Source: Acutalibacteraceae bacterium (GTDB taxonomy: Bacteria > Bacillota > Clostridia > Oscillospirales > Acutalibacteraceae). Taken from it: a stretch of DNA of 64,000 bases. A model generated the notes under the pieces. It worked only from the letters and a program-made list of their open reading frames with translations. It was not told the DNA's origin and searched no databases. The position numbers and the translations under genes were made by a program. Where the stretch lies: positions 14,503 to 78,502 of the forward strand of contig JAZSBC010000152.1 of the NCBI GenBank assembly GCA_045602245.1, written 5' to 3'. Shown here in pieces: positions 18,506 through 28,152 of this stretch (within the stretch, counting starts at the first letter, position 1; the number at the start of each line of letters is the position of its first letter).

Positions 18506-18958
18506 ATGTCATTGCTTCTTGCAGGTAAAGAACTCAGAAAATTTGACCAGGTAAACCGTATGTCTATTCCTCCGTCATTCAGAAAAGATCTCGGCGAAAC
18601 GGTGTTTATCCTGAAGTCGATTTACGATGAACCCTGCCTTGTTATTTTTTCGGAAGAAGAATGGGTGAATTTCAGCATGGGGTTCATTTCATCCTTTACC
18701 GGCAAAAAGCAGGCAAAAGCTCAGCGCAGGCTTGCCGACAGAGTTGAAAAGCTCACTGTTGATAAATCGGGAAGAATTTCAATCAAAGAAGATTTCAAAG
18801 CTTATGCAAATCTTGAAGATGAAGTTCTTGTTGTAGGAACGATGGACAGAGTTGAACTCTGGACTCCCGAAAACTGGGAATTGTGGTGTGCGGGTGACGA
18901 TGATGATGACGACGATCTTGATTTCAGTAACGTCAGCTACAGCGCCCCGAGGAGATAA
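18506..18958 (+). CDS. mraZ: Transcriptional regulator MraZ
   Basis: Two DxxxR motifs (DQVNR, DKSGR) and DRVELW; first gene of the dcw cluster. Confidence 0.9.
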   Translation: MSLLLAGKELRKFDQVNRMSIPPSFRKDLGETVFILKSIYDEPCLVIFSEEEWVNFSMGFISSFTGKKQAKAQRRLADRVEKLTVDKSGRISIKEDFKAYANLEDEVLVVGTMDRVELWTPENWELWCAGDDDDDDDLDFSNVSYSAPRR

Positions 18959-18961
18959 GAA

Positions 18962-19885
18962 ATGAACGGTTCTTTTCATCACATACCCGTACTTTTCAAC
19001 GAAACGATTGAATCGCTCAACATAAAGCCCGACGGGATTTATGTTGACTGCACTTCGGGCGGCGGCGGCCATTCGGCGGCGATTGCAAAACGGCTTACAA
19101 CAGGCAGACTCATTTCGATTGACAGAGACCCTCAGGCAATAGAAACTCTGAAAGAAAGGCTTTCGGGTTTTGAATGCGTCACGATTGTTCACGATAATTT
19201 TTTCAACATAAAAGAAATTCTTGCATCTCTCGGAATAAGCGGTGCAGACGGCGTGCTTGCCGATCTCGGGGTCAGCTCGCATCAGCTTGATGAACCCTCA
19301 AGAGGTTTTTCGTTTCACCACGATGCGCCACTCGATATGAGAATGAGCATCGAAGGTATGAGCGCGGCGGACGTTGTGAACACCTTATCCCAGAGAGAAC
19401 TTCAGAAAATCATTTTCGACTACGGTGAAGAAAAATTTGCTCCGTCAATTTCAAGGGCGATAGTAAAGGCAAGAGAACAAAAGCCCATAGAAACAACCTT
19501 TGAACTTTCGGATATCATAAAATCCGCAATGCCTGCGGCGGCAAAAAGAGACGGGCATCCCGCAAGAAAAACGTTTCAGGCAATCCGCATTTACGTTAAC
19601 GGAGAGCTTGACGGCTTGAGCGAAGCGGTGGGGGATATGTTTGATTGCCTTAACGAAGGCGGAAGAGTGAGCGTTATAACTTTCCACTCGCTTGAAGACA
19701 GAATAGTAAAACAGCGGCTTGCACCTCTTTCAAAGGGTTGCACCTGCCCGAAGAATTTCCCCGTATGCGTATGCGGAAACAAACCGAGAGCAAAGGTTTT
19801 TAAAGCGGTTGCGCCGAACGAAAACGAGCTTGCGGAAAATTCGAGAAGCAGAAGCGCAAGATTGCGTACTGCCGAAAAGCTTTAA
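18962..19885 (+). CDS. rsmH: 16S rRNA m4C1402 methyltransferase
   Basis: HIPVL, DCTSGGGGHS, DLGVSSHQLD, FQAIRI, FHSLEDR and RSRSARLR motifs. Confidence 0.97.
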   Translation: MNGSFHHIPVLFNETIESLNIKPDGIYVDCTSGGGGHSAAIAKRLTTGRLISIDRDPQAIETLKERLSGFECVTIVHDNFFNIKEILASLGISGADGVLADLGVSSHQLDEPSRGFSFHHDAPLDMRMSIEGMSAADVVNTLSQRELQKIIFDYGEEKFAPSISRAIVKAREQKPIETTFELSDIIKSAMPAAAKRDGHPARKTFQAIRIYVNGELDGLSEAVGDMFDCLNEGGRVSVITFHSLEDRIVKQRLAPLSKGCTCPKNFPVCVCGNKPRAKVFKAVAPNENELAENSRSRSARLRTAEKL

Positions 19886-20001
19886 TGCAAAGATTAGACC
19901 GATGCAGGAAATGGATGGCCCTGCACGGTTTCATAATCACCTCCATTCCTTCGGATGGCTGTGACATAGTTACTCATTAATTTTGAAAGGAGAGAAAAGA
20001 T

Positions 20002-20493
20002 ATGGCTAATTATAATCGCAGCGAAGCGTATGATCTTTCTATATACGATTATGATATGAATTCATCTGCGGCGCCCCGCATTGATGATACACCTGAACAG
20101 CCTGCAAGAAAAAGAAAACCCAAGTCTGCGGCGCAGGCGCGTAAGGAGTCGGTAGCATCTGCTCTCCGTGCGGTGAAGCTTTTCGTTGTTTCGGTAACGC
20201 TTCTCGTGCTTTTTGGCGCAGTTCTGTTTTCAAAGGTTAATCTTATTGCTCTTGAGCAGGAAGCAACCAAAATAGAAGCACAAATCAACGAAGCAAAAAG
20301 TGAAAACACAAGACTTGTTATGCAGCTCAATTCCAATGCCTCAATCGAAAAAGTTGACGCCTACGCGGTTTCGGTTCTTGGTATGAATAAGCTTGAGCGA
20401 TATCAGATACACTATTTTGAGGACAGAGAAGACGACAAGGTAGTGGTTGTCGGCGGTAAAGCGGTCGCGAGCGAGGCAGAAGCAGTCGCCTGA
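20002..20493 (+). CDS. ftsL: Cell division protein FtsL-like
   Basis: Single TM plus coiled coil; lies between rsmH and the class B PBP. Confidence 0.7.
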   Translation: MANYNRSEAYDLSIYDYDMNSSAAPRIDDTPEQPARKRKPKSAAQARKESVASALRAVKLFVVSVTLLVLFGAVLFSKVNLIALEQEATKIEAQINEAKSENTRLVMQLNSNASIEKVDAYAVSVLGMNKLERYQIHYFEDREDDKVVVVGGKAVASEAEAVA

Positions 20494-20524
20494 GAATGAG
20501 CGGCGGCTTTATTGCACTTTTGTC

Positions 20525-20554
20525 GCATAAGCGGCTCGGCAACGAGCATATACT
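20525..20554 (+). promoter_or_regulatory. Candidate sigma-E promoter upstream of the PBP
   Basis: GCATAA...CATATACT, with 17 bp between ATA and CATA, matches the sigE consensus. Confidence 0.45.
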
Positions 20555-20686
20555 ATATTGATTATAATCAAGGCTGTCTCAATTTCAGTGAGTTCAAATC
20601 TTTCCGATGTTTTCATCGGAATTTTTGCGGTTTGATATCACTTCTTTGAGGCGGCAATTTTGTTATTATTGAAAGGAAGGTACACG

Positions 20687-22990
20687 TTGAGTAAGAGTAA
20701 GGTATCTCCGAAAAAAAGATTGTTTTATAGAGCACTCGCGGTTTTTCTGCTGTTATCGGTCGGTATTTTCGGGGTAACGGGAATAAACCTTGCCAGAATA
20801 CAGCTTATTGACAGCGAACAGTATAAAGAAAAGGCGGAGCAGAATCAGCTCCACGATACCGAGATTGCAGCTGAGAGAGGTCTTATTTATGATACGAATA
20901 TGACCGTTCTTGCAAAGAGCGCATCGGTATGGAAGGTATATATCAAGCCCAACAACATTGATAACGAAGATTTCAAAATTGCACTCTGCAATAAACTTTT
21001 TGAAATAACGGGAGTTGCGGTTGAAGATATCAAAAGCAAGGCGGATAAAAGCCAGTATGCTTATCTTGTTATTAAAAGGCAGATAGAGCTTGAGGAGAAA
21101 ACAAAAATCACGGATCTTCTCGGCGAATATTTTACATATACCGATCACGAGAAGCAGAAGGACGGCACTCTCAAGCCCGTTGATAAGAAAATTTACTACA
21201 GCTCGGCAATCGGTATTGACCCCGACGTTAAGAGATATTATCCGTACGGAACGCTTGCTTCCAACCTTATCGGCTTTACGGGTACGGATGATATCGGCAG
21301 ATCGGGTGTTGAACTTAAATATGACAGTATTCTTACCGGCACTCCGGGCAGAATAATAACGGCGCAGAACGGCAAAAGCGACGTTATGAATCAGGAGTTT
21401 GAAACGGTTTATGATGCCGTTCAGGGAACAAGCCTTGTACTTACCGTTGACGAGGTAATCCAGAGATATCTTGAAGATTCGCTTGAACAGGTTTACGTTG
21501 ACTCAAAAGGCAAAGGTGCTTACGGCATCGTTATGGATGTTGATACGGGTGCAATTCTTGCAATGGCGTCAATGCAGAACTATGACCTCAACAGCCCTCA
21601 GAGCCTGACCGAAGCGGAGCAGACGGCTCTTGAGCAGGAATATCCCGATGCAACGGAAAGAAGCGCGGCGAGAAACAATCTTCTTTTCTCGCGCTGGAGA
21701 AACTTTATTATAAGCGACAGCTACGAACCCGGTTCGGTTTTCAAAATCATAACCGCTGCGGCGGCACTTGAAGAAAATGCGGTTGATGCATCTTCGATGA
21801 TTTGCACCTGCACGGGCAGAATTCAGGTTTCGGACAGAACCATAAAATGCCACAAGAGAGACGGCCACGGAACGCAGAACCTCAAGCAGGGTCTTATGAA
21901 TTCCTGCAACCCCTTGTTCATAACCGTCGGTCAGAAGCTCGGCGCAGAGAAATTCTACGAGTATTTTGAAGCTTTCGGCTTTACGGAGAAAACGGGAGTT
22001 GACCTTCCTGCGGAGAGCACCCCCGTTGCAGGCGTTACCTATCATTCGCTTGAAAGTATGGGTATTGTTGAGCTTTCGAGTTCGTCTTTCGGTCAGACCT
22101 TCCAGGCTACTCCGATTCAGATGATAACCGCAATAAGCGCAATCGCTAACGGCGGTAAGCTGATGACACCCTATATTGTTCAGAAACAGCTCGATGAAAA
22201 CAATAACGTTATAAAAGAAACCCATCCCGTTGTAAGGCGTCAGGTCATTTCGGAGCAGACCGCACGCACGGTTGCCGATATGATGGAGGGCGTTGTAACA
22301 AGCGGTACCGGTAAAAATGCCTACGTTGCAGGCTACAGAGTGGCAGGCAAAACAGGTACTTCTCAGAAAATCGGTACGGCAAGGGGCGAATACGTTGCAT
22401 CCTTCGGTTGCTTTGCTCCCGCTGACGATCCCGAAATTGCAGTGCTTATTATCGTTGACGAACCCGTGGGTCAGATCAACGGCGGTCAGATTTGTACTCC
22501 CGTTGCGGCTCAGGTGGTTGAAAAAACACTTGAATATATGGGCGTTGAAAGGCAGTACAGCGACGCCGAAATCGAACTTCTTGACACAAGCGCACCGAAT
22601 ATGATCGGCAGCGACGTCAAGGATGCAAAGCAAACTCTCAAAAAAGACGGCTTCGAAGTCAGAACTGTCGGCGACGGCAACGTTGTTGTGAGCCAGATTC
22701 CCGCATACAACCAGAGTATGCCCAAAAACGGCATTATCGTTCTTTATACCGAGGCGGATGCAGAGAGAATGACAACTACCGTTCCCGATCTTAAACTGAT
22801 GACCGTTTCGCAGGCAAACAAGCAGGCGCTTGCGGCAGGTCTGAATATAAAAATTTCGGGAAATGCTTTGAATGCAGGTGAGCTTATTTCGTATGACCAG
22901 AGCCTTGAACCGGGCGACGAGGTCGAATGCGGTAAAACTATAACGGTTTATTTCAAATCCGATACGGGAGTCGGCGATTACGCAGGATAA
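20687..22990 (+). CDS. spoVD: Class B penicillin-binding protein SpoVD/FtsI with PASTA domains
   Basis: TTG start after AGGAAGG. Motifs RGLIYD, EPGSVFK (SxxK), SCN and KTGT, plus two C-terminal PASTA-like repeats. Confidence 0.85.
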   Translation: MSKSKVSPKKRLFYRALAVFLLLSVGIFGVTGINLARIQLIDSEQYKEKAEQNQLHDTEIAAERGLIYDTNMTVLAKSASVWKVYIKPNNIDNEDFKIALCNKLFEITGVAVEDIKSKADKSQYAYLVIKRQIELEEKTKITDLLGEYFTYTDHEKQKDGTLKPVDKKIYYSSAIGIDPDVKRYYPYGTLASNLIGFTGTDDIGRSGVELKYDSILTGTPGRIITAQNGKSDVMNQEFETVYDAVQGTSLVLTVDEVIQRYLEDSLEQVYVDSKGKGAYGIVMDVDTGAILAMASMQNYDLNSPQSLTEAEQTALEQEYPDATERSAARNNLLFSRWRNFIISDSYEPGSVFKIITAAAALEENAVDASSMICTCTGRIQVSDRTIKCHKRDGHGTQNLKQGLMNSCNPLFITVGQKLGAEKFYEYFEAFGFTEKTGVDLPAESTPVAGVTYHSLESMGIVELSSSSFGQTFQATPIQMITAISAIANGGKLMTPYIVQKQLDENNNVIKETHPVVRRQVISEQTARTVADMMEGVVTSGTGKNAYVAGYRVAGKTGTSQKIGTARGEYVASFGCFAPADDPEIAVLIIVDEPVGQINGGQICTPVAAQVVEKTLEYMGVERQYSDAEIELLDTSAPNMIGSDVKDAKQTLKKDGFEVRTVGDGNVVVSQIPAYNQSMPKNGIIVLYTEADAERMTTTVPDLKLMTVSQANKQALAAGLNIKISGNALNAGELISYDQSLEPGDEVECGKTITVYFKSDTGVGDYAG

Positions 22991-23018
22991 CAAGGCGGAT
23001 TTGATACGGAGGAAAAAG

Positions 23019-24461
23019 ATGAAACTTAATGAAATTGTAAAGGAAATATGTGCAGACGGGGTTTTTGAGGACAGAGAAGTCACTTTCATAACCGATAATT
23101 CTGCAAAGGTTTGTGAGGGCTGCATCTTCGTTTGTATCGAGGGCAGACGTTTTGACGGACACACAAAGGCTGCCGAAGCGCTCGAAAACGGTGCCGTTGC
23201 GGTTGTTGTTCAGAAAGATATGGGGCTTAAGAATCAGATTCTTGTTGAAAACACAAGAAGCGCCTATGCCCATATCAGCGCTGCGTTTTTCGGTCACCCC
23301 GAAAAGGAGCTTAAAATCATCGGCGTAACGGGCACAAACGGAAAAACAACAACCTGCTTCATTCTCAAGTCCGTTCTTGACGGTATGGGTCATAAAACCG
23401 GTCTGCTCGGTACGGTCAAAAATATCGTCGGTGATAAGGAATACCCTGCATCGCTCACAACTCCCGATTGCTATGACCTTTTCTCGCTCTTCAGAGAAAT
23501 GGCAGATAACGGTTGTGAATACTGCGTTATGGAAGTTTCATCTCAGGCTCTTGACCAGCGAAGAGTTGACGGCGTTCATTTTGATGCCGCAATCTTCACA
23601 AATCTTACTCAGGACCATCTTGATTATCACGGCACTTTCGATGCCTACAGAGATGCAAAGCATATGCTTTTTGAAAACGCATCTCTTGCAGTTGTCAATA
23701 TCGACGACGAAAGCGCTGAATATATGCTTGAAAACGTTGACTGCAGAAAGGTTACTTTCTCAATCAACAGCGATAACTGCGATTACTCGGCTAAAAATAT
23801 CAGAATAGCCGCCTCGGGAGTTAAATATGAGCTTCTCAGCAGCGGAAACATCGGCAGAATTCACTTTGAAGTTCCCGGAAAATTCTCGGTTTATAATTCA
23901 ATGGGCGCGGCTGTGTGCCTTGTTGAAATGGGTATGGATTTCAGAGAGGTTCTCAATTCTCTCGTTGCCTGCAAGGGTATCCCCGGCAGAATGGAGGTTG
24001 TTCCCACCGACACACCCTATACCGTTATCATTGACTATGCACACACCCCCGACGGACTTGAAAACGTTCTCGGCTGTGTTCGTGAAATAACGGATGGCAA
24101 GGTTATAACCGTGTTTGGCTGCGGCGGCGACAGAGATAAAACGAAGCGACCAATTATGGGTGAAATTGCGGCAAGGCTTTCTGACGTTGCGGTTGTAACG
24201 TCGGATAACCCCAGAAGCGAAGATCCCGAAACGATAATCGAAGAAATCGTTGCAGGTATCGGCAAACACAGTTCAAAAATAATTGTTGACAGCGACAGAA
24301 CGGGAGCAATAAGGAAAGCTCTTGAAACCGCTCAGAAGGGTGACGTTGTTGTTCTTGCAGGTAAGGGTCAGGAAACCTATCAGATTCTTGCAAGCGGCAA
24401 AATTCATTTTGACGAGCGCGAAGTTGTTGCAAAAATACTTTCCGAAAAGGCAGGGAAATAA
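23019..24461 (+). CDS. murE: UDP-MurNAc-Ala-Glu--meso-DAP ligase
   Basis: GVTGTNGKTT, MEVSS, DYAHTPD and DNPR (DAP specificity) motifs. Confidence 0.96.
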   Translation: MKLNEIVKEICADGVFEDREVTFITDNSAKVCEGCIFVCIEGRRFDGHTKAAEALENGAVAVVVQKDMGLKNQILVENTRSAYAHISAAFFGHPEKELKIIGVTGTNGKTTTCFILKSVLDGMGHKTGLLGTVKNIVGDKEYPASLTTPDCYDLFSLFREMADNGCEYCVMEVSSQALDQRRVDGVHFDAAIFTNLTQDHLDYHGTFDAYRDAKHMLFENASLAVVNIDDESAEYMLENVDCRKVTFSINSDNCDYSAKNIRIAASGVKYELLSSGNIGRIHFEVPGKFSVYNSMGAAVCLVEMGMDFREVLNSLVACKGIPGRMEVVPTDTPYTVIIDYAHTPDGLENVLGCVREITDGKVITVFGCGGDRDKTKRPIMGEIAARLSDVAVVTSDNPRSEDPETIIEEIVAGIGKHSSKIIVDSDRTGAIRKALETAQKGDVVVLAGKGQETYQILASGKIHFDEREVVAKILSEKAGK

Positions 24462-25823
24462 ATGAAAGCGCTGACTTTCAAAGAAGCGGCATCGGCAGTC
24501 GGTTCATCAAGCAATCTTGCAGGTAAGTTTGACTGCGTATGCACCGATACAAGAAAAATAACGGACGGCTGTCTTTTCATTGCGATAAAAGGCGATAATT
24601 TTGACGGTCACGATTTTGCCGCAAAGGCAACGGAAAACGGCGCTCAGGCTGTTATTGTTGAAAAAGACTGCGGTCTCGGAGAAAGACAGATTATTGTTGA
24701 AAACACAAGAACCGCACTGCTTGACCTTGCAGGCTATTACAGAAGCCTTTTCAATATTCCCGTTATCGGCGTTACGGGCAGCGTAGGTAAAACAACAACA
24801 AAAGAAATGATACACGCCGTTATGTCGGCAAAATACAATACTCTTAAAAACGAAGGCAACCTCAACAACGAAATCGGCGTACCCCTCACTCTTTTCAGGC
24901 TTGACGAAAGCCACGAAGCCGCCGTTATCGAAATGGGTATGAGCGGCTTTGACGAAATTTCAAGAATGACAAAAGCTGTCAGACCCGACGTTGCCGTTAT
25001 TTCAAACATCGGCGTTTCCCATATCGAAAATCTCGGTTCAAGAGAGGGTATTCTCAAGGCGAAGCTTGAAATTCTTCACGGGATGAAAGCTGATGCGCCC
25101 GTTATCCTCAACGGAGATGACGATATGCTCGTGACCGTAAGACCCGGAACTCATCCCGTGGTTTATTACGGCATAGAAAACACAGACGTAAACTATAAGG
25201 CATCAGATATAACCTCCAAAGAGAGCGAAATCGAAATGACCGTCGATTTCGCAGGCGGTTCGGGTAGGGTGAGCCTGCCTTATCCGGGCCGTCACAACGT
25301 GTATAATTCCCTTGCAGCGGTTGCGGCAGGCGGATTTTTCGGCATAGAACCCGAAACGGCTCTTGAAGCTCTCAAGAACTATGTGCCTGCAGGTATGAGG
25401 CAGAGAATAGTCAAAAAATACTCAATGACTTTCATTGAGGATTGCTATAACGCAAGCCCCGATTCGCAGGCGGCGGCTCTTGCCGTTCTCGGCGGAATGA
25501 ATTCTCAAAGAAAAATTGCCGTTATCGGCGATATGCTTGAACTCGGCGCTGTGAGCAAGGATGCACACTACGGAGTCGGCACAAAGGCAGCGGAGAATAA
25601 AATTGACGCAGTGTTTACATACGGCGAACGTGCTCTCGAAACCGCAAAGGGCGCAAAAGACGGCGGAGTTGCCGACGTGAGAAGCTTTAACGATAAGAAT
25701 GTTCTTTCATCCGCTCTTGCGTCTTATCTTAAAGAAGGCGATGCGGTGCTTTTCAAGGCAAGCAGAGGTATGAAGCTTGAGGACGTTATTAATTCGCTTT
25801 ATAACACCCTTGATAATAACTGA
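24462..25823 (+). CDS. murF: UDP-MurNAc-tripeptide--D-Ala-D-Ala ligase
   Basis: TGSVGKTTTKE, NNEIGVP, DCYNASP, GDMLELG and KASRGM motifs. Confidence 0.96.
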   Translation: MKALTFKEAASAVGSSSNLAGKFDCVCTDTRKITDGCLFIAIKGDNFDGHDFAAKATENGAQAVIVEKDCGLGERQIIVENTRTALLDLAGYYRSLFNIPVIGVTGSVGKTTTKEMIHAVMSAKYNTLKNEGNLNNEIGVPLTLFRLDESHEAAVIEMGMSGFDEISRMTKAVRPDVAVISNIGVSHIENLGSREGILKAKLEILHGMKADAPVILNGDDDMLVTVRPGTHPVVYYGIENTDVNYKASDITSKESEIEMTVDFAGGSGRVSLPYPGRHNVYNSLAAVAAGGFFGIEPETALEALKNYVPAGMRQRIVKKYSMTFIEDCYNASPDSQAAALAVLGGMNSQRKIAVIGDMLELGAVSKDAHYGVGTKAAENKIDAVFTYGERALETAKGAKDGGVADVRSFNDKNVLSSALASYLKEGDAVLFKASRGMKLEDVINSLYNTLDNN

Positions 25824-25843
25824 CTGAAAGGAAAATTCTTCTT

Positions 25844-26884
25844 ATGAATACCGTTGCCGCTATCCTTATTGCTGCTGTTGCAGGTCTTTCAATAACCGCC
25901 GTTCTCGGATTTGTTATGATTCCGTGGCTGCGCAAGCTGAAATTCGGGCAGACGATTCTTGAAATCGGCCCCAAATGGCACAGCAGCAAGCAGGGGACAC
26001 CCACAATGGGCGGCATAATGTTTATTATCGGCACGGTCGGCGCAATCTTGCTTACCGTTGTTACCGATAAGATTATGGGCGGCGATATTGTTGCATCGGG
26101 CAGCCTCGTTCCGCAGGAGATGTATACTAAGCTCTGGGGCGGTGTTGCAACGGCGCTGGCTTTCGGCTTAATCGGTTTTGTTGATGACTATATCAAGGTT
26201 GTGAAGCATCAGAATCTGGGGCTTACAATAAAGCAGAAAACGTTGTTTCAGTTTTTAACCTGCCTTGCTTATCTTATCAGCCTTTATATGGGAATGCAGG
26301 GCGGCACGCATATGTTTATCCCGTTTGTCGGCAACGTTGAAACGGGATTCTTCTATTGGATATTCGGCATTATTTTTATTTATTCAACCGTTAATTCCGT
26401 TAATTTTACTGACGGTGTTGACGGTCTGTGCGGCAGTGTTACGGTCACTGCGGCAATTTCAATCGGAGTTATTGCGGCAATGAAAGGTCTTTTCGGCTTT
26501 TCAATGGCTGCAGCGGCTCTTGCAGGCGCCTGCGCAGGCTTTGTTTTATGGAACAAAAACCCTGCTAAAGTTTTTATGGGCGACACAGGCTCAATGTTCC
26601 TCGGCGGAATGATTGTTGCGCTTTCTTATGCAATCGGCTGTCCGCTCATCGTTTTACTTGCAGGTCTTGTTTACGTTATTGAAGGCGCATCTGACGTTAT
26701 TCAGATAATTTACTACAAAGCAACGGGCGGTAAGCGTATTTTTAAAATGGCGCCCGTTCACCATCATTTTGAAATGTGCGGCTGGAGTGAAAAGAAAATC
26801 ACAACGGTCTTTACAATAATCAATATTCTCGGCGGCGTTGCCGCAGTTGCCGTTATGTATTACGGCGGATATATTCTGAAATAG
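25844..26884 (+). CDS. mraY: Phospho-N-acetylmuramoyl-pentapeptide transferase
   Basis: GTPTMGG, GFVDDY, NFTDGVDGL, FMGDTGS and MAPVHHHFE motifs. Confidence 0.97.
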   Translation: MNTVAAILIAAVAGLSITAVLGFVMIPWLRKLKFGQTILEIGPKWHSSKQGTPTMGGIMFIIGTVGAILLTVVTDKIMGGDIVASGSLVPQEMYTKLWGGVATALAFGLIGFVDDYIKVVKHQNLGLTIKQKTLFQFLTCLAYLISLYMGMQGGTHMFIPFVGNVETGFFYWIFGIIFIYSTVNSVNFTDGVDGLCGSVTVTAAISIGVIAAMKGLFGFSMAAAALAGACAGFVLWNKNPAKVFMGDTGSMFLGGMIVALSYAIGCPLIVLLAGLVYVIEGASDVIQIIYYKATGGKRIFKMAPVHHHFEMCGWSEKKITTVFTIINILGGVAAVAVMYYGGYILK

Positions 26885-26895
26885 GAGGGCAAAGC

Positions 26896-28152
26896 TTGAA
26901 ACAGGAAATTCTGGCGCATTTCGGGATTTTTAATCTCATAGGCGATGTATTCAAAGGCAGAAAAAAATTCAGGGACTTGTTCAGCACAAGACCTATGGAT
27001 ATAACTTTTCTTGCCCTCGTTATTGCCGTTCTCACCATCGGCATTATAATGATGTTTTCAGCAAGCTACGTTAACGCAATGTACGGCATCTCCGAAGAAA
27101 AAGGCGGTGCATATTACTACGTCAAAAATCAGGCGGTTTTTGCAATTATCGGTGTTGTTATGATGATTTTGCTTTCTCATCTGAAATCCGATATTTTCAG
27201 GCAGGGTACGGGCGTTGTAACGGTTATTGCACTTCTGCTTCTGGTTTACGTTCTTATCAATCCTCATATTGTTCCGGGCAAAGAGCAGTTCAAAAGATGG
27301 GTTGAAATTCCTGTTATCGGTTCGTTTCAGCCGTCTGAAATAGCAAAGCTTGCCGTTGTAATGTTCCTTGCGTTCAGTATGGAACGCTATCATAAAATCA
27401 TCGAGCAGAAATGGTGGGTAATCTTTCCTTACGGAGCGTTTGTTCTTGTTTTTTGCGCTCTTGTTTATGCGGAAAACCACGTTTCGGGTACTTTGCTTAT
27501 TCTCGGAATAGGAACGGCAACGATTTATTTCGGCGGTGTCAGAATTCATAAGCTGGTATATATTTTAGGCATAGCGGTAGTTGTTCTCGGCGTTATATTT
27601 GCAGCTTTGAATGCGGATAAACTCCTTGAAGGCTACGCCAGCGAACGAATCAGAATATGGCTCAAGCTCCTTACGGGGGAAGAACTTACAGCTGCAGAAA
27701 CAAGAGGTTCGGGCTGGCAGAGCATTCAGTCGCTTTATGCCATCGGTTCGGGCGGACTTTTCGGCCTCGGCTTCGGCAATTCCAAGCAGAAGCATATGTA
27801 TCTTCCCGAGCCGCAGAACGACTTCGTTTTTGCGGTTGTTTGCGAAGAACTCGGATTTATAAGAGCAATTCTTATTATTTTGCTTTTTATTCTTCTTGTT
27901 GCAAGAGGTTTTATCATAGGCTTAAGAGCGAAAAGCAGATTTGAAGCGATGCTTGCAATGGGCATCAGCTTTCAGGTAGGTCTGCAGGCGGCTCTCAACA
28001 TTGCCGTTGTAACCTCGACCGTTCCGAATACGGGCATCAGCCTGCCGTTTTTCAGTTACGGCGGAACGTCGCTTATTATGCTTCTTATGGAAATGGGTAT
28101 AATTCTTGCTATATCGAGAAACAGTGAAAGGAAAAAGAAAGATGTTCGATAA
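26896..28152 (+). CDS. ftsW: SEDS peptidoglycan glycosyltransferase FtsW/SpoVE
   Basis: FQPSEIAK, GSGGLFGLG, LPEPQNDF and LPFFSYGG motifs. Confidence 0.9.
   Translation: MKQEILAHFGIFNLIGDVFKGRKKFRDLFSTRPMDITFLALVIAVLTIGIIMMFSASYVNAMYGISEEKGGAYYYVKNQAVFAIIGVVMMILLSHLKSDIFRQGTGVVTVIALLLLVYVLINPHIVPGKEQFKRWVEIPVIGSFQPSEIAKLAVVMFLAFSMERYHKIIEQKWWVIFPYGAFVLVFCALVYAENHVSGTLLILGIGTATIYFGGVRIHKLVYILGIAVVVLGVIFAALNADKLLEGYASERIRIWLKLLTGEELTAAETRGSGWQSIQSLYAIGSGGLFGLGFGNSKQKHMYLPEPQNDFVFAVVCEELGFIRAILIILLFILLVARGFIIGLRAKSRFEAMLAMGISFQVGLQAALNIAVVTSTVPNTGISLPFFSYGGTSLIMLLMEMGIILAISRNSERKKKDVR

Noticed and set aside
21569-23164. 531-aa antisense ORF
   Set aside because: Shadow of spoVD/murE on the opposite strand; no motifs, and explained by codon bias.
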